Position numbers and translations under genes: made by a program
Shown: piece by piece, positions 57,466 through 64,000 of the stretch
Numbering within the stretch: the stretch's first letter is position 1
How the letters are laid out: each line of letters begins with the position of its first letter
Assembly (NCBI GenBank): GCA_963663225.1
Contig: OY760142.1
Location: 832,001 to 896,000, forward strand
DNA: 64,000 nt
Direction: 5' to 3'
Source: Nitrospirota bacterium
GTDB lineage: Bacteria > Nitrospirota > UBA9217
The notes under the pieces: model-generated
The model's database searches: none
What the model saw: the letters and a program-made list of their open reading frames with translations, nothing else
What the model was told of the DNA's origin: nothing

Positions 57466-58219
57466 ACAGGCCGCTTGCAAGGAATTCGAGCGCGTCTGCA
57501 ACTTTCTGGATGTCCACGCTCGTATTGAAGCACGGGCCGAAGGGGCGGTCATTCAAAATTCCGATGACGGGAAGCGGGTAAGCGTCCTGGATGCCGCTGG
57601 TCAGGTCCCGCTCGCACGCAACGGCAATGATCGCCTCCGGTCTGGTCTCGGTGATCTTTCTCCGCGCGAGCGTTCCTCCGGTCGCAATGGAAAGGTCTAC
57701 ATTATGCTTCTGTGCAAGTTCAACGAGATCGCCGATCCCGCACCTGCCGCAGGCCCGGCATTTTGAGGCATCATTCGTGATTTTGACCTCACAGTCGCTG
57801 AACTGCAGGCAATGCGGCATGAGCAGCAGAATGCGTTTCGGCTTTTTGCCGCTGCACTTCGCACGCACCAGCAGATTGTTCACTTCAACGAAGGACTGCT
57901 GCACCCTGTCCCGGGACATACCCAGGAATCTGCCTGCAAAAATCATCAGCGGGAACAGAACTCCGATTACGATGCCCCTGAGTTTCCCGGCAAACAGGAC
58001 CTCCCTGCCGCGGACAAGCGTGAGAACCAGCAGGCCGACGCCGAGGACCAGCGCGCCGACCACAACACCCATGGTTATGAGCAGGATTTTGGGAGCAAGC
58101 GGATGTATGTTCTGAAGCCCCACGTAGGGGATCAGATACAGCCCCGCCGCGGCCCCTACGATCAGGGCCATCGTGAACATGATAAGCAGAATGAATGTTG
58201 TTTTTTTTGATACCGCCAT
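57440..58219 (-). CDS. DUF116 family membrane protein
   Basis: N-terminal TMs, LMPHCLQ, CRACGRC, ATGGTLAR, AVACERDL, GPCFNT. Confidence 0.85.
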   Translation of the reverse strand: MAVSKKTTFILLIMFTMALIVGAAAGLYLIPYVGLQNIHPLAPKILLITMGVVVGALVLGVGLLVLTLVRGREVLFAGKLRGIVIGVLFPLMIFAGRFLGMSRDRVQQSFVEVNNLLVRAKCSGKKPKRILLLMPHCLQFSDCEVKITNDASKCRACGRCGIGDLVELAQKHNVDLSIATGGTLARRKITETRPEAIIAVACERDLTSGIQDAYPLPVIGILNDRPFGPCFNTSVDIQKVADALEFLASGLCEPRATHR

Positions 58220-58253
58220 GGTGAATGACCTTAAATCAGGAATACTGCATGCA

Positions 58254-59183
58254 TCAGGTGTTGCTGAATTTTTTTCCTGCCAGACCCCGGTGCCCGCGTG
58301 TGAACTCCGCCGCAGTCATCGGTTTCTTGCCTTCCGGCTGAATGCTCAGGATGCGAAGCAGGCCGCTCCCTGTTCCGGTTTCGAGAATGTTTTTCTCCCG
58401 GACATACAACAGCCCCGCTTCCCCCGTGCCGGACGCCGCCTCGGCCGCAAGAATTTTGTGAATCTTTCCGTCTAGGAAACTGTACGCTCCGGGCCAGGGT
58501 GAAAAACCCCGCACTCTGTTCCGTATTTCAACCGCGGAAAGCGTCCAGTCGATGATGCCGTTCTCCTTTTTGAGAAGCGGTGCCAGGGTTGCTTGTGAAG
58601 CGTCCTGCGCCGTGGGGACAAGATTTCCGGATACAAGAAGTTGCAATGCTGTTGTAATCATGCGGGCGCCGAGCAAGGAAAGCTTTTCTGACAGCGTGCC
58701 CGCGGTGTCGGCATCTTCGATCAGGATCCGCTCCTGGGTCAGAATCGCGCCCGTGTCCATCCCTTCGTCCATCTGCATAATGGTCACGCCCGATTCTTTC
58801 TCTCCCCGCACAATCGCCCAGTTGATTGGGGCCGCGCCTCGGTAGCGGGGCAGAAGCGACGCGTGAATGTTCAGACATCCGAATTTCGGCAGGGTTAAAA
58901 TGTCCTTCGGCAGAATCTGTCCGTATGCGGCCACAATAATCGCCTCGGGAGCAAGCAAGCGCAGTTGCTCCACAAACGCCGCGTCCCGCACACGTCCCGG
59001 CTGCAGTACCGGAAGCCCCCTGTCGATTGCAACACGTTTGACCGGCGGAGCGGCAAGCGTTTTTCCCCTGCCGACCGGCTTGTCGGCCCGCGTGACCACG
59101 CCGGCGATCTCATGCCCCGCTTCTGCCAGAGCCTGAAGTGGTGGTACGGCAAACTGCGGCGTACCCATGTAGACAAGTCTCAT
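58254..59183 (-). CDS. fmt: methionyl-tRNA formyltransferase
   Basis: MGTPQFA, AAYGQILP, NIHASLLPRYRGAAPI, MDTG. Confidence 0.97.
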   Translation of the reverse strand: MRLVYMGTPQFAVPPLQALAEAGHEIAGVVTRADKPVGRGKTLAAPPVKRVAIDRGLPVLQPGRVRDAAFVEQLRLLAPEAIIVAAYGQILPKDILTLPKFGCLNIHASLLPRYRGAAPINWAIVRGEKESGVTIMQMDEGMDTGAILTQERILIEDADTAGTLSEKLSLLGARMITTALQLLVSGNLVPTAQDASQATLAPLLKKENGIIDWTLSAVEIRNRVRGFSPWPGAYSFLDGKIHKILAAEAASGTGEAGLLYVREKNILETGTGSGLLRILSIQPEGKKPMTAAEFTRGHRGLAGKKFSNT

Positions 59184-59283
59184 GCGGCAACCCTTTCCTG
59201 CCTTCGGTCATGCACAGGTGCCGGAGAAACTCCTGCTCTCCCTAAGTCAGAAAATGCCGTCCGCCGGAGCGGTCAAAAACCGG

Positions 59284-59808
59284 CTATTCCTGTTCAGCCT
59301 GTGCTCTTCTGTGCCGCCGTTTAAAAATATTTTTTTTCAGAGGACTCAGCCTGTCTATGTACAACAGCCCGTTTAAATGGTCGATTTCATGCTGCAGGGC
59401 TTTTGCCAGCAGGCCTTCTGCTTCAATTTCGAAAGGTTTGCCGGTGCGGTCCTGGGCGCGCACCCGTATCTTCGCGGCGCGCTTCACTTTTTCAGAGTAT
59501 TCGGGTATGCTTAGGCACCCCTCGTCTTCGACGATGGAGCCTTCCAGGGAAAGCACCTCAGGATTGATAATGACAAGCAGATCGTGCGGGTTTTCGCTTT
59601 CATCTTCATCCTGCACTCCCAGATCGATCACGGCAAGCTGGACCGGCTCTCCCACCTGGTTGGCGGCAAGACCGACACCGGGTGCGGCGCGCATGGTTTC
59701 CACCATATCTTCGATAAGACCATTGAGAGAATCATCTATGTGCTCGATGCAGACCGTTTTTTTTCTGAGCACAGGGTCGGGATATTTGCGGATTTCGCGG
59801 AGTGCCAT
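59284..59808 (-). CDS. def: peptide deformylase
   Basis: GVGLAANQ, EGCLS, QHEIDHLNG. Confidence 0.97.
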   Translation of the reverse strand: MALREIRKYPDPVLRKKTVCIEHIDDSLNGLIEDMVETMRAAPGVGLAANQVGEPVQLAVIDLGVQDEDESENPHDLLVIINPEVLSLEGSIVEDEGCLSIPEYSEKVKRAAKIRVRAQDRTGKPFEIEAEGLLAKALQHEIDHLNGLLYIDRLSPLKKNIFKRRHRRAQAEQE

Positions 59809-59863
59809 AACCATATGTAACATGATTTATATTTAAAATCAAGGCATAAGATGCTATGAGGTG

Positions 59864-59893
59864 TTGACACCCTCCTGATCTTTGTGGTATTTT
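59864..59893 (+). promoter_or_regulatory. sigma70 promoter directly abutting the TPR gene start
   Basis: TTGACA-N18-TATTTT with TG extension, ending 5 nt before ATG 59899. Confidence 0.55.
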
Positions 59894-59898
59894 TATCC

Positions 59899-62800
59899 AT
59901 GGCCATCGATAAAAATACCGTCATGAAAGAGGCCCAGAAATTCGCGTCCAAGGGCCAGTTCGACAAGGCCATCGCCGAGTGGAAAAAACTCCTGAGGGAA
60001 TCGCCGTCGGATCCCAATATTTACAATACCATCGGAGACCTGTGTCTCAAAAAAGACGCCAAAACCGAGGCTGTTGAGGCCTACAAGAAGGCTGCCGACA
60101 TCCTGGCGGATGACGGATTCACTTCAAAAGCCATCGCGCTGTACAAAAAAGTTCTGAACATCGATCCCAACAAAATCGAGATTCATCTCTCACTCGGCGA
60201 CCTGAATGCGGAAAAAGGCCTTACAAGCGCCGCCCTTGAAAGTTACAAGCTCGTTCTCGACCATTATACCAATCAGAAAAACATGCAGAAAGCCCTCGGC
60301 ATCTACCAGAAGATGGCCGATCTGAACCCCTCCAACCTGGCATTCAGGGTCAAACTGGGTGACATGTACGCAAAGGAAGGCATGAAAGCGGAAGCATCCA
60401 CGGCATATCTTGCCGTTGCGGATGTTCAGGTGTCCAACAATGCGTTCCAGGAAGCACGGCAACTGTTCGAAAAAATTCTGACGCTTGATCCTGAAAACAG
60501 GGAAGTCTACCATAAAGCAGGCTTTGTTTATTTCAAGGAAGGCAAATTTGTTGAAGCGTGCAAGGCCCTGAAACCCGCCTTCGAGAACGACCCGTCGAAC
60601 AAAGAACTGGCCGACATGTATCTTGAGGCGCTGTCCAAGGCAAACAAGCATGCCGAGGCGGAAGAAGTGCTGTTGTCCCTGGCCACTGCCGATCCTGACA
60701 GAACGGAATTTCGTGACAAACTCTGCCAATTATATCTTGCACAAAAAGAATACGACAAAGCGCTCCGAGAAGCTTCTGCGCTTGCGTATGCAAAAGCCGA
60801 ACACAGTGAAACGGAAGCAGCGGAACACATCTTTCGCGCTTTCGTATCGCAATGCCCTTCATTCGCTCCGGCCCGCGAAAAACTGTCAGAATTTTATTCC
60901 TTTATAAACCGGCCTGATGACGCGGCCAAAGAACTCGTTCAGACCGCTCTTTTATATGAAAAAGAAGGAGACCCTGATCACTGCAAGGCACTTCTGTATC
61001 AGGCCCTGGAAGCGGTCCCTGGTTTGCCGGACGCGACAAAACATCTTGAGCGTCTTGCAGCTTCAGCAAAAGTCTCTGCCGCGCCTGCAATGCCGGAGCC
61101 CGTCCAGGAAACACCGTCTGCGGTTGCCGACGTCACCACTCCGGTTGCTGCACCTGAACCCGTGTTTGAAACGCAGCCGCCCTCCCCGGCTCCGGAAGCG
61201 ATTATGCCGGAAGAGCCCCCCGCGCTCAATGAAGCTTTCACGGAAGCGGACGTGTTGATTAAATACGGACTGCCGGCCAAAGCCGCGGATCAACTGGAGG
61301 AGCTGGCCGTCCGTTATCCGGGGAATATACGTATCCATCTAAAACTGCGGGATTTATATGCAGAGCAGGGCAACAGCGAAAAATCCGTTCAGCATATGAT
61401 TGTCCTTTCTGATCTGTACGCGCAGCAGGGAAAATCCGACCAGGCGCAGGCGGAACTGGAGGCAGCGCGCGAGGCGGCCCCCCGCAATCCGCTTGTCCTC
61501 GCGAAGCTTGGCATCACCGCTCCCCCTGCGGTTGAAGAGGTCTCTCTCCCTGAAAGCATGCCTGATCAGTTTGAGGAAACACCGCCTCCGTTTGAGCCCG
61601 CCCTGGTGGACGACGGCAATATCGTTTTTGAAGGTCTCGACTCACAAATTCCCGCTGCGGAAGATGCTGCAGCCACGCCCCAGCAGGCATTTCAAGAACA
61701 GTTCCAGCCTTCCGGCGAAGTCCTGCCTGCGGAGGAAGAGCTTGCCGCTCCGTTTCCGCCCGAGGAAGGCCCCGCCTCGTTTGATGTTGCATCAGCACCC
61801 GAAGCACCTGTGCAGGAACAGCAACCAGAACCAGCCGGTGAACCGGAATTAACGGAGATCGCTCAGCAACCTTCGTCTTTCCAGGTCCAGGCGGAAAAAA
61901 TTCCAGAATCCGACCTCGCGGACATATGGGCTGAGGCTGAGTTTTATTACCAGCAGGGACTGTTCGACGAGGCAAGAAAATATTATGCAAAGATCATTGA
62001 GCTTGCTCCGAGCGACCGGCGGGCCATCAACAGGCTTGCCGAGATATCCAGGGAAGAAGACGAGACAAAAGAATTCTCAAGGCTTGCAGAGGCAGTCGAA
62101 GGCCTGGAAGATACCGTCGTGCCAACTCCTGGTGAACGAGCTCTGGCGACGAGCGTAACAGACGATGAGGCGGTCCGCAGTTTAATGACGGAAATTGCGG
62201 AAATGAACAAAAAGTTAAAGCAGGCCAAACCGACGCAACCCTCGCCCTCGAAGCCGGAAACCGCCAAGAAACAAAAGCCTGCTCCTGTACCACGGTCCGT
62301 TCAGCCCGATCAACCGATAACTACGCCAAAACAAAAGCCCGCTCCACCGTTTCAGTCACCGACTCCGCAGATCACGGAACACCTCCGGGGAGCTTCTCCG
62401 CCGCCCAAACAGCCTGCGGCAGAAAAATTCTTTGATCTGGAGGCCTTCCTTCAGCAGGATGAAGACACCTCGAAACAGAAACAGCGGAACAAGTCCGACG
62501 ATTATTTCGACCTTGCTGCCGAACTTCGGGATGAAATCAACAGTGTATCGCTGTCTTCTCCACGGGCTTCCCTGCTTCCGGAAAATCAGAGCCTTGATGA
62601 TATTTTTGAGGAATTCAAAAAAGGTGTCGAACAACATACCGTAAAAGAGGACACTGACACCCACTATAATCTGGGTGTGGCATACAAAGAGATGGGGCTG
62701 CTTGACGATGCAATCGCCGAATTTGTGTTGACACCCCGCGGAGAACCATGGTTTTTTCAAAGCCGCTATTTGCTCGGTCTGTGCTATTTGGAAAAAAACG

Positions 62801-63138
62801 ACTACCAAAACGCCATCACCGAGTTCCGCAACGCCCTTAACGCACCCGCAAACCAGCAAATCGACGTTCAAGAACGAATCAGCGTTCGCTATGACCTTGC
62901 TCTTGCATATCAAGGCGTCGGCAATACGAAGGCCGCCATCGGTGAGTTCCAGGAAATCATCAATGCGAACCCCGGATATCGCGATGCCGCTGAAAAGTTG
63001 AAAGAACTCCGCCAAGGAGAATCAATTTCCCTTCGACAACTTAAAGACGACATCGAAAAAGAAATTTCCGCAAAATTCCTCCGGGAAGGTGAACGCATAG
63101 AGCGAGAAGAAAAAAGCAAAAAAATAATCAAATCGTAA
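59899..63138 (+). CDS. large TPR protein with acidic/Pro-rich linkers (SgmX/FimV-like polar scaffold)
   Basis: N-terminal TPR array, EADVLIKYG and EAEFYYQQG modules, C-terminal DTHYNLGVAYKEMGLLDDAIAEF TPRs. Confidence 0.8.
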   Translation: MAIDKNTVMKEAQKFASKGQFDKAIAEWKKLLRESPSDPNIYNTIGDLCLKKDAKTEAVEAYKKAADILADDGFTSKAIALYKKVLNIDPNKIEIHLSLGDLNAEKGLTSAALESYKLVLDHYTNQKNMQKALGIYQKMADLNPSNLAFRVKLGDMYAKEGMKAEASTAYLAVADVQVSNNAFQEARQLFEKILTLDPENREVYHKAGFVYFKEGKFVEACKALKPAFENDPSNKELADMYLEALSKANKHAEAEEVLLSLATADPDRTEFRDKLCQLYLAQKEYDKALREASALAYAKAEHSETEAAEHIFRAFVSQCPSFAPAREKLSEFYSFINRPDDAAKELVQTALLYEKEGDPDHCKALLYQALEAVPGLPDATKHLERLAASAKVSAAPAMPEPVQETPSAVADVTTPVAAPEPVFETQPPSPAPEAIMPEEPPALNEAFTEADVLIKYGLPAKAADQLEELAVRYPGNIRIHLKLRDLYAEQGNSEKSVQHMIVLSDLYAQQGKSDQAQAELEAAREAAPRNPLVLAKLGITAPPAVEEVSLPESMPDQFEETPPPFEPALVDDGNIVFEGLDSQIPAAEDAAATPQQAFQEQFQPSGEVLPAEEELAAPFPPEEGPASFDVASAPEAPVQEQQPEPAGEPELTEIAQQPSSFQVQAEKIPESDLADIWAEAEFYYQQGLFDEARKYYAKIIELAPSDRRAINRLAEISREEDETKEFSRLAEAVEGLEDTVVPTPGERALATSVTDDEAVRSLMTEIAEMNKKLKQAKPTQPSPSKPETAKKQKPAPVPRSVQPDQPITTPKQKPAPPFQSPTPQITEHLRGASPPPKQPAAEKFFDLEAFLQQDEDTSKQKQRNKSDDYFDLAAELRDEINSVSLSSPRASLLPENQSLDDIFEEFKKGVEQHTVKEDTDTHYNLGVAYKEMGLLDDAIAEFVLTPRGEPWFFQSRYLLGLCYLEKNDYQNAITEFRNALNAPANQQIDVQERISVRYDLALAYQGVGNTKAAIGEFQEIINANPGYRDAAEKLKELRQGESISLRQLKDDIEKEISAKFLREGERIEREEKSKKIIKS

Positions 63139-63146
63139 TCATGCTT

Positions 63147-63251
63147 TGCATATTTTTTAAGCACGTGATTAATTTTTGACCACTGATAGTGCTCATTCTT
63201 TTACCTAACCTCTTGAAATATCTTGCCTCAAAATTTAGCATAAAAATTGCT
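63147..63251 (+). promoter_or_regulatory. NtrC-like sites and a sigma54-like element upstream of glnB
   Basis: TGC-N11-GCA at 63147-63163 and 63224-63240; TTAGCATAAAAATTGCT has -24/-12 spacing but AG in place of GG. Confidence 0.45.
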
Positions 63252-63255
63252 CTAA

Positions 63256-63624
<369 letters not shown>

Positions 63625-63697
63625 TCATGACGAGTTGCGTGATGTCCTCTGATATCAGGCATCATGATTCACGCTCAACAACCATTAGGAGGAAACT

Positions 63698-64000
63698 ATG
63701 ATACCAAAAGACGTACTGAAGATGGCAAAAGAAAACAAGGCAAAGATGGTGGATTTCAAATTCATGGATTATCCCGGACTCTGGCAGCACTTTTCCGTTC
63801 CGGTTGAGGAACTGACCGAGAACATATTTGAAGAGGGCCTCGGTTTTGACGGGTCCAGCATCCGCGGCTGGCAGTCCATCCACACAAGCGATATGCTGGT
63901 AGTTCCCGATGCGGAAACCGCTGTGATGGATCCATTCACCAAATATCCCACGCTTTCCCTCATCTGCAATATCGTTGATCCGATCACCAAGGAACGCTAT
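63698..64000 (+). CDS. glnA: glutamine synthetase type I, 5' part (runs off the window; absent from the ORF track)
   Basis: AGGAGG RBS; MIPKDVLKMAKENKAKMVDFKFMDYPGLWQHF...GFDGSSIRGWQSIHTSDM. Confidence 0.95.
   Translation, partial: MIPKDVLKMAKENKAKMVDFKFMDYPGLWQHFSVPVEELTENIFEEGLGFDGSSIRGWQSIHTSDMLVVPDAETAVMDPFTKYPTLSLICNIVDPITKERY

Overview
Gene-dense chromosomal window from an anaerobic, moderately GC-rich Gram-negative bacterium. The gene content suggests Nitrospirota/Thermodesulfovibrionia or Desulfobacterota, which is an inference. The main feature is a ~23 kb minus-strand one-carbon cluster (31946->8826): ygfA-folE-hdrC-hdrB-hdrA(large)-mvhD-metV-metF-panB-thyX-cooC-DUF2520-acsE-acsD-acsC-acsB-fdhF-fhs. 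It combines Wood-Ljungdahl genes, an Hdr-coupled methylene-THF reductase module, and folate, pantothenate and dTMP genes. The fdhF gene is a selenoprotein (in-frame UGA plus SECIS) that the ORF track splits in two. No CODH (cooS/acsA) or folD lies in the window. Other content: a tetraheme flavocytochrome c (fumarate reductase type), rlmN with a split UxaA/SuyAB-type lyase, an oxidative pentose phosphate operon ending in a secreted superoxide-reductase-like gene, a candidate ~115 nt sRNA, an atypical pgk, class II RNR, an AT-rich FG-GAP lipoprotein islet with an attC-like site, def-fmt-DUF116-rsmB, a large TPR protein, and glnB-glnA (truncated). No rRNA, tRNA, CRISPR array, transposase or integrase was seen. 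All calls come from reading motifs by eye; no database search was run.
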